Assembly (NCBI GenBank): GCA_963692915.1 | Contig: OY843584.1 | Span: 736,001-800,000 of the forward strand | Direction: 5' to 3' | Source of the DNA: Cenarchaeum sp. | GTDB lineage: Archaea > Thermoproteota > Nitrososphaeria > Nitrososphaerales > Nitrosopumilaceae | DNA: 64,000 bases | In this document: piece after piece, positions 40,324 to 51,486 of the stretch | Layout of the letters: every line of letters starts with the position of its first letter | How positions within the stretch are numbered: position 1 is the first letter of the stretch | Notes under the pieces: model-generated | Seen by the model: the letters and a program-made list of their open reading frames with translations, nothing else | What the model was told of the DNA's origin: nothing | Databases searched by the model: none | Translations under genes and position numbers: made by a program

Positions 40324-41613
40324 TTAGGGACTCTCACGCCTGAGCAGTATCCCAATGTCGGCGAGGTTTGTTCCCGTGGGGCCAGTCACCACAAGACCGC
40401 CATGGCGCACAAATATCGAGTTAGAGTCGCTCTGACGCAAGAGCGCGGCAATCTCGGCCTTCCTTGCGATCCCCGGACCGGCAAGTGCGCCGGCTGCGCG
40501 CGTGTTGCCGTCAATTCCGTCAGTGCCAACAGAGGCCGCAACTGCGCCTTGCGCCAGGCCGCACATGAGGAGACGCGCGACGAGCTCCTGGTTGCGTCCT
40601 CCCTTGCCCCGTCCGCGAACCCTGACTGTCGGCTCGCCGCCAAACACCACGCATGACATTGGATCATCGCACAGCATGGCAGAGAGTCGACGCGCAACGT
40701 CGGACACGTCGCCATACGAGCTGGCAGTGCGTACCGAGTACCCAAGCGATCTCGCTTTTTTGGACATTGCGCGAATACAGTCAGCGTTTGATGCGAGCAC
40801 GACGTGTGGGATTTGCCGCACGGCACATCTGTGAGTCACACTGGACTCCTGACCGGCACGCAGAGTTTCGGCGACGGCGCGCGGAACGCGCGAGAGAACC
40901 CGGTGCCGCCTCATCACGGCGATCGCGTCAGCAAACGTGGTGTTGTCTGCCACGGTACATCCAGATGACACGTCTGCAGGATCGTCGCCCCTAACATCTG
41001 ACATCACAAGGGCTGCGCCGTCACACGTCATTCCACGAATCAGCCCACCGCCCTTTATTCGCGAGAGGCGTCGACGGACACAGTTTATCTCCCCAATCGT
41101 CGCACCAGACTCGAGGAGAATTTCTGTGGTTTTTGCCTTTTCTGCAAGACTTACGCCGTCAGGTGCGGCCAGCATCGCCGAGCCGCCGCCAGACACCAAA
41201 AAGATCGCATAGTCACCCCTGCGAAGCGACGAGATGCGCTCAATGAGTGCGCGCGCGGCCGCAACGCTGCGTCGCGTTGGCAGCGGATGGCTAGAGTGGA
41301 CTATGCGGTACCGTGAGGGATCCAGGCGCGGGCTCGGAGAGCCGGCCGGGACAACGACTATTCCGTCACTGACTGCAGCACCTGCGTCAGCGGCCTCGGC
41401 CATGGCGCCGGCCGCCTTGCCATAGGCGATGACGCAGACGCGGCGATACCCCGATAGGCGCACGGTTCGGCGCCTGAGCCGCAGGGCATTGCCGGACAGG
41501 GTCGCAGTTGTGCGCGCGTGCGCGTCAGCAGCGGCCAGACCCGCCCCGATCACCACCATTGCGTCGGCGGCAGGGCCCCCTGCGCCGGCCGTCCCCCGCA
41601 GGACTGCCCTCAT
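40324..41613 (-). CDS. Glycerate kinase type 2 (MOFRL)
   Basis: GKAA, SGGGSA, IKGGGL, GGEPTV, GGRNQE, GTDGIDG, TGTN. Confidence 0.9.
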   Translation of the reverse strand: MRAVLRGTAGAGGPAADAMVVIGAGLAAADAHARTTATLSGNALRLRRRTVRLSGYRRVCVIAYGKAAGAMAEAADAGAAVSDGIVVVPAGSPSPRLDPSRYRIVHSSHPLPTRRSVAAARALIERISSLRRGDYAIFLVSGGGSAMLAAPDGVSLAEKAKTTEILLESGATIGEINCVRRRLSRIKGGGLIRGMTCDGAALVMSDVRGDDPADVSSGCTVADNTTFADAIAVMRRHRVLSRVPRAVAETLRAGQESSVTHRCAVRQIPHVVLASNADCIRAMSKKARSLGYSVRTASSYGDVSDVARRLSAMLCDDPMSCVVFGGEPTVRVRGRGKGGRNQELVARLLMCGLAQGAVAASVGTDGIDGNTRAAGALAGPGIARKAEIAALLRQSDSNSIFVRHGGLVVTGPTGTNLADIGILLRRESP

Positions 41614-41664
41614 ATGGTCACTAGGCGCCCAAGATATAATAATGAACGTTTGGGGGGTGCTGCC

Positions 41665-42609
41665 ATGCACGGGGTTTTGATCCCAAAGTCGATAAAGTTT
41701 GGCGAGGGCGCACTAGGGCAGGCAGACTACCCAAGGGGGGCGCTCATCGTAACGACTGCACCGCCAGAGATGTCAAGCAGGTGGATATCAAAGATGGGAA
41801 TACAGGACTATTCGCTTTTTGACAAGGTCACCCCCGAGCCGTCAATCGACGACGTAAAGTCAGTGATCGCCGAGTACTCTGAAAAGAGGCCGTCTGTCCT
41901 CATCGGACTCGGCGGCGGGAGCTCGCTCGATGTCGTCAAGTACGCGAGCAAGGAGATGGGCCTGCCAAAGATACTCATACCCACAACGTTTGGAACCGGT
42001 GCTGAGATGACCACGTATTGCGTCCTAAAGTTTGACGGCAAGAAAAAGCTCCTTCGGGATGACGCGTTCCTGGCCGACATGGCAGTAATAGACTCGTACT
42101 TTATGGACGGCACGCCAGAGCAGATAATAAACAATTCCGTGTGTGACGCGTGCGCACAGGCGACTGAGGGCTATGACAGCAAGCTTGGAAACGAGTTTAC
42201 GAGAATGTTTTGCGAAAAGGCATTTGACATACTGTATGGCGCGATAATGGAGAACAGGCGTGAGGACTATCCATACGGCTCGATGCTCTCTGGAATCGGC
42301 TTTGGCAACTGTTCTACGACACTAGGTCATGCACTCTCGTACGTGTTCTCAAACGAGGGTGTCCCACACGGATACTCGCTTTCGTCATGCACCACAGTGG
42401 CGCACAAGCACAACAAGTCAAAGTTCTATGGGCGTTTCAAGGAGGTCGTCGAGAAGCTCGGCTTTGACAAACTAGACCTAAAGGCCGACGTTTCAGAGGC
42501 AGCCGACACCGTAATGACTGATAGGGGTCATCTCGACCCGAATCCTGTCCCAATATCAAAGGATGACGTGATAAGATGCCTCGAGGACATAAAGGCAGGC
42601 AGCATCTAG
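41665..42609 (+). CDS. Iron-containing alcohol dehydrogenase (possible semialdehyde reductase of the 3HP/4HB cycle)
   Basis: GLGGGSSLD, PTTFGTGAE, GHALS, VPHG; cycle role is inference. Confidence 0.85.
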   Translation: MHGVLIPKSIKFGEGALGQADYPRGALIVTTAPPEMSSRWISKMGIQDYSLFDKVTPEPSIDDVKSVIAEYSEKRPSVLIGLGGGSSLDVVKYASKEMGLPKILIPTTFGTGAEMTTYCVLKFDGKKKLLRDDAFLADMAVIDSYFMDGTPEQIINNSVCDACAQATEGYDSKLGNEFTRMFCEKAFDILYGAIMENRREDYPYGSMLSGIGFGNCSTTLGHALSYVFSNEGVPHGYSLSSCTTVAHKHNKSKFYGRFKEVVEKLGFDKLDLKADVSEAADTVMTDRGHLDPNPVPISKDDVIRCLEDIKAGSI

Positions 42610-42697
42610 CATTCAGTGCCGTGCCCTGCGAGTGGCCACATCTCGCGCGTGAAAAGCCAACTAGACTTATTTACCGCCGATATGGGAGCGTGCCACG

Positions 42698-43807
42698 TTG
42701 GCAAAGCTAAAGTTTGGCATACAGAACGGCCTAAACGTCGCGCGTGCCGGATATTCAGAAGATCAGATATTCACCGCATGCATACTTGCCGACAGGGTTG
42801 GATACGACTCGATATGGTACATGGACCACACCAACGTGCCACAATGGTCAAACGCTGTCGTCCTGGATCCATGGGTCATGCTCCCTGCCATAGCCGCACA
42901 GACGCGCAATGTCGAGCTTGGCACATGCGTGACTGATGCGATAAGGCGCCACCCGTCAAATATCGCGCTTGCGACAATAACGCTTGACCGCATATCCAAT
43001 GGACGCGGCGTGCTCGGAATTGGGGCAGGAGAGGCCCAGAACCTCAAGGAGTTTTGCATACCGTTTGAAAAGCCCGTCTCAAAGTGGGAGGAGCAGATAC
43101 AGGTCATACGCAAGCTCTTCGAGTCATCACCAGAGAACCGCGTGAGCTATGATGGCAAGTACTACAAGCTAGAAGAAGCATGCCTCCAGGCCGCGCCAAT
43201 AACAAAGCCGCACCCTCCAATATACATGGCAGCCGGCGGGCAGCGCACGCTGAGAATGTGCGGCAAGTATGGCGACGGCTGGCTTCCGATAGGGTACACG
43301 CCGGAGCTCTTTGCAGACCATGCGGGCGTGATCAAAAAGTCAATTGTCGACAATGGGCGTGATGGCGAGAACTTTCAATTTGCGCTTGACATTGACGTGT
43401 ACTTTTCAGATGACGCCGAGGCGTCATGGGCAAAGATGAAGGAGGCAATAAAGGTGAGTCTCTTCAAGCCCGAGATACTTCGCGTTCACAACATAAAGGG
43501 CGTCGAGGGATTTGACTTTAAAAAATACTTTACCGAGTATTCGATGTCAAACCAGGAATGGATTGTAAAAATGCGCGAAGCCGCAACAAACATTCCCGAC
43601 AATATTGCACGCTCGTCAGTTGCAGTCGGCACGCCTGAGGACATCATACCCGTGTTTGAAAAATTCATAAAAGCTGGAGTCAACCACTTTGTCATACGGT
43701 TCTGGGGCTCCAACTATTTCGGCAGCATTGACAAGTTTGCAAGCTCTGTAATGCCGTACCTGCACGAAACCTCCGAATCAAGCAGGACATTCTTTAGGGG
43801 AATCTGA
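42698..43807 (+). CDS. LLM-class (luciferase-like, likely F420) oxidoreductase
   Basis: DSIWYMDH, ATITLDRISNGRGVLGIGAGE, PPIYMAAGG, GDGWLP. Confidence 0.9.
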   Translation: MAKLKFGIQNGLNVARAGYSEDQIFTACILADRVGYDSIWYMDHTNVPQWSNAVVLDPWVMLPAIAAQTRNVELGTCVTDAIRRHPSNIALATITLDRISNGRGVLGIGAGEAQNLKEFCIPFEKPVSKWEEQIQVIRKLFESSPENRVSYDGKYYKLEEACLQAAPITKPHPPIYMAAGGQRTLRMCGKYGDGWLPIGYTPELFADHAGVIKKSIVDNGRDGENFQFALDIDVYFSDDAEASWAKMKEAIKVSLFKPEILRVHNIKGVEGFDFKKYFTEYSMSNQEWIVKMREAATNIPDNIARSSVAVGTPEDIIPVFEKFIKAGVNHFVIRFWGSNYFGSIDKFASSVMPYLHETSESSRTFFRGI

Positions 43808-43809
43808 CC

Positions 43810-44442
43810 GTGCAGCTTCTCGGGCGCCTCGAGATAAAGAGCGCCCGCAAGATTGCAGAGTTTTTGGGCATAGAGCACACAGGACGTCTGGCCACAGTTG
43901 ATGATAACGGCCACCCGCAGGTCATACCGATGAACTTTGTGCTGCTTGACGGCTCGATATACATGCATTCGCACACAAGGGGCGAAAAGCTCGACAATAT
44001 CAGGCACGATGCGCGCGTGGGCTTTGAGGTGGATCGCGAGTATGCGTTTCTGCCCTCGTACTTTGAGGACGAGCATGACGCCTCGCTTGCCGACACGCTA
44101 TATGCAAGCGTGGTCATAAAGGGGACAGCCTCTATAGTCGAGGACGAGTGCGAAAAGTGCGGTGCGCTCAATGCGCTCATGGCAAAGTACCAGCCCGAGG
44201 GTCGCTATGATCGAGTCGAGCCCGGGGACGACGTCCTGCGCGCAGTCGCCGTGATAAGGGTGACTCCCTCGTCGATGCGCGGCAAGTACAAGATTGGCCA
44301 AAACCTCAAGGCCACCGAGCGCACCGAGCTTGCGCGCAAGATCCTAGAGCGCGGCGGTCCGGGCGCCCACGAAACGCTGCGCGTCATGGGCTTTGAGGTT
44401 CGCGACGGCAGGGCGCACATGGTAGAGGAACCCGAGTGGTAG
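43810..44442 (+). CDS. Pyridoxamine 5'-phosphate oxidase/NimA-like flavin-binding protein
   Basis: GRLAT...PQVIPMNF...IYMH...GEKLDNI...YASVVIKG. Confidence 0.85.
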   Translation: MQLLGRLEIKSARKIAEFLGIEHTGRLATVDDNGHPQVIPMNFVLLDGSIYMHSHTRGEKLDNIRHDARVGFEVDREYAFLPSYFEDEHDASLADTLYASVVIKGTASIVEDECEKCGALNALMAKYQPEGRYDRVEPGDDVLRAVAVIRVTPSSMRGKYKIGQNLKATERTELARKILERGGPGAHETLRVMGFEVRDGRAHMVEEPEW

Positions 44443-44489
44443 ACTGCCCACAGGGGTCGGGGCGTGCGCCACGGTTTAAATCATGATTT

Positions 44490-46463
44490 GTGTGCGACCC
44501 CGTAGAGTTGCAGCGACAGGCACAGTCCATCGAGATCTCCTCAACATTTGAGCCTGCAGGAGACCAGCCCGAGGCCATAGAGGAGCTTGCGCGCGGTGTG
44601 CGCGAGGGACGGTCCGCGCAGACGCTCCTAGGCGTGACTGGCAGCGGCAAGACGTTCACTATAGCCAACGTCATTGCACAGTCCGGACGCAGTGCGCTAG
44701 TCGTCTCGCACAACAAGACGCTCGCCGCGCAGCTTTATGCGGAACTAAAACAGTTCTTTCCAAAGAGCAATGTCGGGTATTTCATATCATACTATGACTA
44801 TTACCAGCCCGAGAGCTATATTCCGCAGACTGACACGTACATTGAAAAGGACACGCAGGTGAACGAAAAGATCGAAAAGATGCGCCTCGAGGCCACTGCG
44901 ATGCTGCTCTCAGGCGAGCCGACCATAATCGTCGCAACAGTCTCGTGCATATACTCGCTGGGCAATCCGTCTGACTGGAAGGACATGTCGATACACCTTG
45001 CCACAGGAGACGAGCCCGGTCGGAAGGAGCTAGTGCGAAGGCTCATTGCGGCAAGATATGAGCGCAACGACACAGAACTTGCGCCTGGGCGATTTCGCGT
45101 AAAGGGAGACACTGTGGATGTGATACCCGCATATTCAGCAGACATTGTCAGGATGTCACTCTTTGGGGACGAGGTCGAGTCGATCACGCTGCGCGACCCC
45201 GTCTCACTTGACCAAAAGCGCAGTCTCGACTCGATTCGCATATTTCCCGCAAAACACTACCTTATCGCCGAGGACGTGCGCGAACGAGCAATACGCGACA
45301 TTCGCTCAGAGCTGGCCACGCGCCTGCCAGAGCTTGCAGAGCTCGAGAGGCAGCGCCTAGAGATGCGCACAAAGTATGACCTAGAGATGATCGAGGAGCT
45401 TGGATACTGCTCGGGAATAGAGAACTATTCACGCCACTTTGACGGAAGAAAGGCCGGCGAGCAGGCGTTTTGCCTGATGGACTTTTTTGGGCCGGGGTTT
45501 TTGCTCGTTATAGACGAGTCCCACGTCACGCTGCCGCAGCTCCACGGCATGGCAGCAGGCGACCGGTCACGCAAGGATCAGCTAGTAAAGTACGGGTTTA
45601 GGCTGCCAAGCGCGTATGACAACCGCCCGCTAGTCTTTGACGAGTTTGAAAAGTACATGAAGGACACGATATTCGTCTCAGCAACGCCAGGCGAGTACGA
45701 ACGCGGGCGCTCGGCGCGCATTGTGGAGCAGCTTGTGCGCCCGACTGGCCTGCTGGATCCCACCGTCGAGGTTCGCAAGACAGCTGGCCAGATGGACGAT
45801 CTCGTTGCCGAGATACGCGCGCGCACAGGGGCCGGCGAGCGCACGCTTGTCACCACGCTCACAAAGCGCATGGCCGAGGATCTCGCCGAGTATCTCTCAA
45901 AGGAGCAGGTCAAGGTACGCTATATGCACTCGGAGATCGAGGGTCTCCAGAGGACAGAGCTCATACGACAGCTTCGCATGGGCGAGTTTGACGTCCTAGT
46001 CGGCATAAACCTCCTGCGCGAGGGTCTTGACATACCCGAAGTCTCCCTCGTGGCGATAATGGATGCCGACAAGGAGGGGTTTTTGCGCAACGTGACTAGC
46101 CTGATACAGACGTTTGGCCGTGCCGCGCGCAACACCTCGGGTGCTGTCATCATGTATGCAGACCGCATGACGCGCTCGATGAACGAGGCTATCGCCGAGA
46201 CGAACCGCAGGAGGGAGAGGCAGGCCGAGCACAACAGGAAACATGGAATAGTCCCGCAGACAATAGTAAAGGCCGTGCCCGAACAGGCCGCATCGCTTGA
46301 TGACACCAAACATCGATCGGTACATGATCTGGCCACCGAGGTTATCAAGCTCGAGGCGCGCATGAAGGAGTGCGCCACAGATCTTGACTTTGAGGGCGCG
46401 ATCGAGTGTCGTGAACGCATAAAGGCCATACAAAAGGAGGTCGAGAGAAAGGATGGCGCATGA
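44490..46463 (+). CDS. uvrB: Excinuclease ABC subunit B
   Basis: LGVTGSGKT, HNKTLAAQLY, YYDYYQPE, DESH, GINLLREGLD. Confidence 0.98.
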   Translation: MCDPVELQRQAQSIEISSTFEPAGDQPEAIEELARGVREGRSAQTLLGVTGSGKTFTIANVIAQSGRSALVVSHNKTLAAQLYAELKQFFPKSNVGYFISYYDYYQPESYIPQTDTYIEKDTQVNEKIEKMRLEATAMLLSGEPTIIVATVSCIYSLGNPSDWKDMSIHLATGDEPGRKELVRRLIAARYERNDTELAPGRFRVKGDTVDVIPAYSADIVRMSLFGDEVESITLRDPVSLDQKRSLDSIRIFPAKHYLIAEDVRERAIRDIRSELATRLPELAELERQRLEMRTKYDLEMIEELGYCSGIENYSRHFDGRKAGEQAFCLMDFFGPGFLLVIDESHVTLPQLHGMAAGDRSRKDQLVKYGFRLPSAYDNRPLVFDEFEKYMKDTIFVSATPGEYERGRSARIVEQLVRPTGLLDPTVEVRKTAGQMDDLVAEIRARTGAGERTLVTTLTKRMAEDLAEYLSKEQVKVRYMHSEIEGLQRTELIRQLRMGEFDVLVGINLLREGLDIPEVSLVAIMDADKEGFLRNVTSLIQTFGRAARNTSGAVIMYADRMTRSMNEAIAETNRRRERQAEHNRKHGIVPQTIVKAVPEQAASLDDTKHRSVHDLATEVIKLEARMKECATDLDFEGAIECRERIKAIQKEVERKDGA

Positions 46464-49269
46464 CATGCTGCGCGTGCGCGGCGCACGCCATCACAACCTA
46501 AAGAACGTCAGCGTCGACATACCAAAGGGCAGGCTCGTCGTCATAAGCGGCCTGTCCGGCTCTGGCAAGTCAACGCTCGCATTTGACACGATATACGCCG
46601 AGGGCCAGCGCCGCTATGTCGAGTCGCTCTCCGCATATGCGCGGCAGTTCCTCGAGATGATGGACAAGCCTGACGTTGACTCTATAGAGGGTCTGTCACC
46701 GGCAATATCAATACAGCAAAAGACGACGAGCAAGAACCCGCGCTCCACTGTTGGCACGACGACAGAGATATACGACTATTTGCGCCTCCTCTACGCTAGG
46801 ATTGGCGAGCCGCACTGCTCCGAGTGCGGCAGGCCCATAACAACACAGTCAGCTGACACCATATGTGACACGGTTCTCGGCGAGTTTGCCTCAAAAAAGA
46901 CCATAGTCCTCGCGCCGCTCGTGCGGCGCAAAAAAGGCACGCATGAAAAGGTCTTCGCGCAGGCCCGTCGTGACGGCTATTCGCGCGTGCGCGTCGACGG
47001 CGAGGTCATGAGCCTTGATGATGAGATCAAGGCGCTTGACCGCCAAAAGTGGCACAACATCGAGATAGTCGTTGACCGCCTAGTCGCCTCACCGCAGGAG
47101 CGCTCGCGCCTCTTTGAGGCCATACAGGCTGCACTAAAGGCATCCCGCGGATACGTCATTGTGTCAGCCACGCCCGGCGGAGAGCGCGTGTTCTCGCAGA
47201 GCAACGCGTGTGCCCACTGTGGGACGAGCATTGGCGAGCTCGAACCGCGCACGTTCTCGTTCAACTCGCCCTTTGGAATGTGCCCCAAGTGCAACGGCCT
47301 AGGCGTAAAGATGGAGTTTGATGCCGACCTTGTCATGCCAGACAGAACCCTCTCGCTGCTAGACGGCGCAATAGTGCCATGGCGCGGCAGGGCATCACCG
47401 TTCAAAAAGCAGGCCCTGCGCGCAGTCGGGAAAAAGTTTGGCTTTGACCTCATGACTCCCGTCTCACGCCTCACAAAGGCCCAGCTTCGAATCATACTCC
47501 ACGGGACAGACGACGAGCTAAAGTTTCGCTACACAACAGGGGCTGGAGACACATGGACGTACACTGACACGTTTGAGGGGGTTCTGCCACAGCTCCAGAG
47601 AAGATTCCACGAGACAGAGTCTGACGCAAAGCGCGACTGGCTAAAGCAGTTTATGCGTGACACTCCATGCAGCGCGTGTAACGGCAAAAAGCTCCGACCC
47701 GAAGCCCTTGCAGTAAAGGTCGGCAAGAGAGGCATAATGGACGTGTGTGACATGCCAATAGACGAATGCCACAAGTTCTTTACGGGGTTGCGCCTCGGCA
47801 AGACTGCGCGCCACATTGCGACTGGCGTCCTAAAGGAGATAGTCGAGCGCATAGAGTTTTTGCGCAATGTCGGGCTAGACTATCTAACGTTAAACCGCCT
47901 AAGCTCGACGCTCTCTGGAGGAGAGTCGCAGAGGATACGCCTCGCAACGCAGATAGGCTCAAACCTGACCGGTGTCCTCTATGTGCTCGACGAGCCGACG
48001 ATCGGGCTCCACAACCGCGACAATGACAGGCTGATGCGCACGCTGACACGCCTGCGCGACCTTGGAAACACGGTCATAGTAGTCGAGCATGATGAGGACA
48101 TGATACGCGGCTCGGACTGGATAATAGACCTCGGGCCGGGTGCTGGAGCACATGGCGGCAGCGTCGTCTTTGAGGGCACGCTAGCGCAGATGCTCAACGG
48201 CAAGGCCTCAGTCACCGGCCGCTACCTAAAGGACCCGACGCTCATACGCCTCGACCGGCACGGGCACAAGAGGCGTGGCACGCTCACCGTTGCCGGCGCC
48301 GCCGAGAACAACCTGTGCGGCATCGACGTCGAGTTTCCGCTCGGGCTCCTCGTTGCAGTGACTGGCGTGTCGGGATCAGGCAAGTCCACCCTGGTCAACG
48401 ACATACTCTTGAGGGCGCTAAACGAGCAGATATACTCCTCGCGCGATAGACCCGGCAAGCACAAGGCAATCCGCGGCACAAACCTAGTAGACAAGGTCAT
48501 CGCCATAGACCAGTCGCCCATAGGACGCACACCTCGCTCAAATCCGGCAACGTACATTGGCGCATTTACGCCCATACGCGAGCTCTTTGCGTCAACAGAG
48601 CTCTCGCGTGAGCGCGGCTATATGCCCGGACAGTTCTCCTTTAACGTAGCGACGGGGCGCTGCTTTGCGTGCGAGGGCGATGGCGTCAAGCTCATAGAGA
48701 TGCAGTTCCTCTCAGACGTGCACGTAAAGTGTGACGAGTGCCGTGGCGCACGCTATAACTCTGAAACGCTTTCTGTGCTCTACAAGGGCAAGAACATTGC
48801 CGACGTTTTGGCAATGACAGTTGATGAGGCCCTCGAGTTCTTTGGCAACGTGCCGACCATACGGCGCAAGCTGCAGACGATTCATGACGTCGGCCTCGGC
48901 TACATACACCTTGGCCAGTCATCAACGACTCTGTCAGGCGGCGAGGCCCAGCGCGTAAAGCTCGCATCCGAGCTCTCAAAGCGCCCCACGGGCCGCACGC
49001 TCTACATACTTGACGAGCCTACCACGGGGCTCCATTTTGCCGACGTCGAGAGGCTCCTTGCAATACTTGACAGGCTTGCGCGAGGCGGCAACACGGTAAT
49101 AGTCATAGAGCACAATATGGATGTGATAAAGAATTCTGACTGGATAATAGACCTCGGGCCAGAAGGCGGCAACAAGGGCGGAAAGGTAGTCGCCCAGGGA
49201 GAGCCGTCAAAGATTGCCACTGGTGCAGGCCACACCGCGCGCTATCTTGCGCGCCATATGGGACAATGA
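46453..49269 (+). CDS. uvrA: Excinuclease ABC subunit A
   Basis: Two ABC domains (GLSGSGKS, GVSGSGKS, LSGGE), Zn fingers. Confidence 0.98.
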   Translation: MAHDMLRVRGARHHNLKNVSVDIPKGRLVVISGLSGSGKSTLAFDTIYAEGQRRYVESLSAYARQFLEMMDKPDVDSIEGLSPAISIQQKTTSKNPRSTVGTTTEIYDYLRLLYARIGEPHCSECGRPITTQSADTICDTVLGEFASKKTIVLAPLVRRKKGTHEKVFAQARRDGYSRVRVDGEVMSLDDEIKALDRQKWHNIEIVVDRLVASPQERSRLFEAIQAALKASRGYVIVSATPGGERVFSQSNACAHCGTSIGELEPRTFSFNSPFGMCPKCNGLGVKMEFDADLVMPDRTLSLLDGAIVPWRGRASPFKKQALRAVGKKFGFDLMTPVSRLTKAQLRIILHGTDDELKFRYTTGAGDTWTYTDTFEGVLPQLQRRFHETESDAKRDWLKQFMRDTPCSACNGKKLRPEALAVKVGKRGIMDVCDMPIDECHKFFTGLRLGKTARHIATGVLKEIVERIEFLRNVGLDYLTLNRLSSTLSGGESQRIRLATQIGSNLTGVLYVLDEPTIGLHNRDNDRLMRTLTRLRDLGNTVIVVEHDEDMIRGSDWIIDLGPGAGAHGGSVVFEGTLAQMLNGKASVTGRYLKDPTLIRLDRHGHKRRGTLTVAGAAENNLCGIDVEFPLGLLVAVTGVSGSGKSTLVNDILLRALNEQIYSSRDRPGKHKAIRGTNLVDKVIAIDQSPIGRTPRSNPATYIGAFTPIRELFASTELSRERGYMPGQFSFNVATGRCFACEGDGVKLIEMQFLSDVHVKCDECRGARYNSETLSVLYKGKNIADVLAMTVDEALEFFGNVPTIRRKLQTIHDVGLGYIHLGQSSTTLSGGEAQRVKLASELSKRPTGRTLYILDEPTTGLHFADVERLLAILDRLARGGNTVIVIEHNMDVIKNSDWIIDLGPEGGNKGGKVVAQGEPSKIATGAGHTARYLARHMGQ

Positions 49270-50876
49270 CAATAGACGCCAGGGCAGCCGGAGCGCCAGA
49301 CGGTCCTGGCGTGTATATCATGCACGATGCAGATGACACTGTGATCTATATCGGCAAGGCAAAGAACCTCAAGAACCGCGTCTCATCATACTTTGTGGGA
49401 GCACATGACACAAAGACAGAGCACCTCATCGAAAAGGTCACCAAGATAGAGTATGTCCTTACGTCCAGTGACATTGAGGCGTTTCTCCTAGAGTCCAATT
49501 TTATAAAGCGATACAGGCCACAGTACAACATTGAGCTAAAGGACCAGCAGCGATACACGTATTTGCGCATAACTGACGAAAAGTATCCTCGCCTGGCCGT
49601 CACTCGGCGCACGCGCAAGGGCGACTTTGTCGGAAAGGGTCGTGTGTACGGGCCGTTCGCGCGCGGAAGCTCCAAGGTTCTCACGATAGGCTCGCTGCGA
49701 AAGGCCTTCAAGGTGCGCATATGCAAGACACTGCCAAAGAGGGCATGCCTAGAGTACCACCTTGGAAACTGTGATGCGCCATGTGAGTTTGAGGATGCGC
49801 GACGCGAGTATGCGGGCCACATGGACGACCTAAAGGCCGTCCTTCGTGGCGGCGATGCTGCACGAAAGTTTGCCACACGCCTGCGCTCCGAGATGGAGGA
49901 GGCATCAGCATCACTCCAGTTCGAGCGCGCGATCGGCATACGCGACACGCTAGAGCGCCTCGGGGCACTCCACGAGGGCCAGAACGTCGAGCGTCCCGCA
50001 ACCACGCCTGATGAGGACTATGTCGGGGTGCGCACGGACGACTCTGGCCAGACGGCCCTGGTCATGACGATGAGGGGGGTTCGCGGCGTCATACGCGACA
50101 CAGAAAGGTTTGAGTTTGACCTTGTGGCAGACAACACGCTGGCAAGCTTTGTCTACCAGTACTATACGACGCGCGAGGTTCCGCGCTATATCGTCACAAG
50201 CGAGGAGCCAGAGGACGCCAGGACGCTAGAGGCCGCATTAGGCGAGGCGTGTGGCCATGACGTCTCTGTCGTCGTGCCCAAGAGCGGCAAGAGGCGCAAT
50301 GTCATCGACATGATACTTCGAAGCCTCGATGTGGTGCGCACTGCACACCTCGCTCCAGGCCTCGCCGAGCTGCGTGATGCGCTGGGCATGGCACGCGCGC
50401 CGCGCACGATAGAGTGCTTTGACATATCAAACCACGGTGATGACTATGCCGTCGGCGCAATGTCACGCCTAGTTGACGGCGAGCCTGACAGGTCAGGGTA
50501 CAGGAACTTTCGCATAAAGACTGTCAGTGGACGCGACGACTATGCGATGATAGCCGAGGTCGTTCGCAGGCGTTACTCGCGCCTGGCCGACGAAGGTGCC
50601 GCAATGCCTGACCTTGTGCTCATCGACGGCGGAAAGGGGCAGCTCGGCGCCGCACTTGGCGCCTTGGAGGACGTTGGCGTGAGCCTCACGTGCGCATCGA
50701 TCGCAAAGCGCGAAGAGGAGGTGTTTGTCCCCGGTTCGGAGACGCCGCTGCGCCTTGACAGACGGGGCGCTGCGCTCCACACGCTCCAGCGCGCGCGCGA
50801 CGAGGCGCACAGGATCGGCGTGAGGCACAACCGTAGGTTGCGCGCGCCTAGGACCGCACGACGCGGTCGCGCCTGA
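49266..50876 (+). CDS. uvrC: Excinuclease ABC subunit C
   Basis: GIY-YIG (PGVY...YIGKAKNL), ECFDIS, PDLVLIDGGKGQ, RDEAHR. Confidence 0.96.
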   Translation: MTIDARAAGAPDGPGVYIMHDADDTVIYIGKAKNLKNRVSSYFVGAHDTKTEHLIEKVTKIEYVLTSSDIEAFLLESNFIKRYRPQYNIELKDQQRYTYLRITDEKYPRLAVTRRTRKGDFVGKGRVYGPFARGSSKVLTIGSLRKAFKVRICKTLPKRACLEYHLGNCDAPCEFEDARREYAGHMDDLKAVLRGGDAARKFATRLRSEMEEASASLQFERAIGIRDTLERLGALHEGQNVERPATTPDEDYVGVRTDDSGQTALVMTMRGVRGVIRDTERFEFDLVADNTLASFVYQYYTTREVPRYIVTSEEPEDARTLEAALGEACGHDVSVVVPKSGKRRNVIDMILRSLDVVRTAHLAPGLAELRDALGMARAPRTIECFDISNHGDDYAVGAMSRLVDGEPDRSGYRNFRIKTVSGRDDYAMIAEVVRRRYSRLADEGAAMPDLVLIDGGKGQLGAALGALEDVGVSLTCASIAKREEEVFVPGSETPLRLDRRGAALHTLQRARDEAHRIGVRHNRRLRAPRTARRGRA

Positions 50877-51486
50877 GGCGAACCCTCCCGTCGGCGACCA
50901 TCGAGGCGGCCTCGACGTACGCGCGGTGCTCCTGCGCGAGTATCCTAGCAGACAAGGTGCCCTCGGTGTCACCGTCGAGCACGTGCACTGCGCGCTGTGT
51001 GATTATCGGCCCCGTGTCGACTCCACCGTCAACAAAGTGGACAGTGCATCCCGTGACGCGCGCACCGCGCTGGAGTGCCTGGCGCTGTGCCCCAAGGCCA
51101 GGAAACGACGGTAGTAGTGCAGGATGGACGTTGAGAAGGCGTCCCCTGTATGCGGCGACGAGCTCGGGGCCGACTATGCGCATAAACCCCGCAAGGCATA
51201 CGAGTCCGGTTTGCGGCGTGACGCCGTGGCGCCTCAGCGCAGATGCCACAAGTCGATCATACTCGAGCCGGCTGCCAGAAAACCCCGCACTCGGCACAGT
51301 CTCAGTCATCACGCCCATCTTGCGCGCCACCTCAAGCCCGCGTGCGTCCTCCCTGCTCGATATGACGACGCGCGGCTCGGCGCGTATGCGGCCAGACCTT
51401 GCTGCCCGAAGGAGTGAGGCCATATTGCTGCCCCTCCCCGATATGAGCACGGCAAGCCGCATGAGCCGGCGCGGCGGCGATGCCAT
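50848..51486 (-). CDS. purN: Phosphoribosylglycinamide formyltransferase
   Basis: SGRGSN, LAGFMRI, NVHPALLP, GCTVHFVDGGVDTGPII. Confidence 0.96.
   Translation of the reverse strand: MASPPRRLMRLAVLISGRGSNMASLLRAARSGRIRAEPRVVISSREDARGLEVARKMGVMTETVPSAGFSGSRLEYDRLVASALRRHGVTPQTGLVCLAGFMRIVGPELVAAYRGRLLNVHPALLPSFPGLGAQRQALQRGARVTGCTVHFVDGGVDTGPIITQRAVHVLDGDTEGTLSARILAQEHRAYVEAASMVADGRVRLRRDRVVRS

Noticed and set aside
50800-50876. UvrC truncated (no C-terminal HhH domain)
   Set aside because: Both nuclease domains are intact and the ORF ends tail-to-tail with purN; no evidence of damage, probably a lineage trait.
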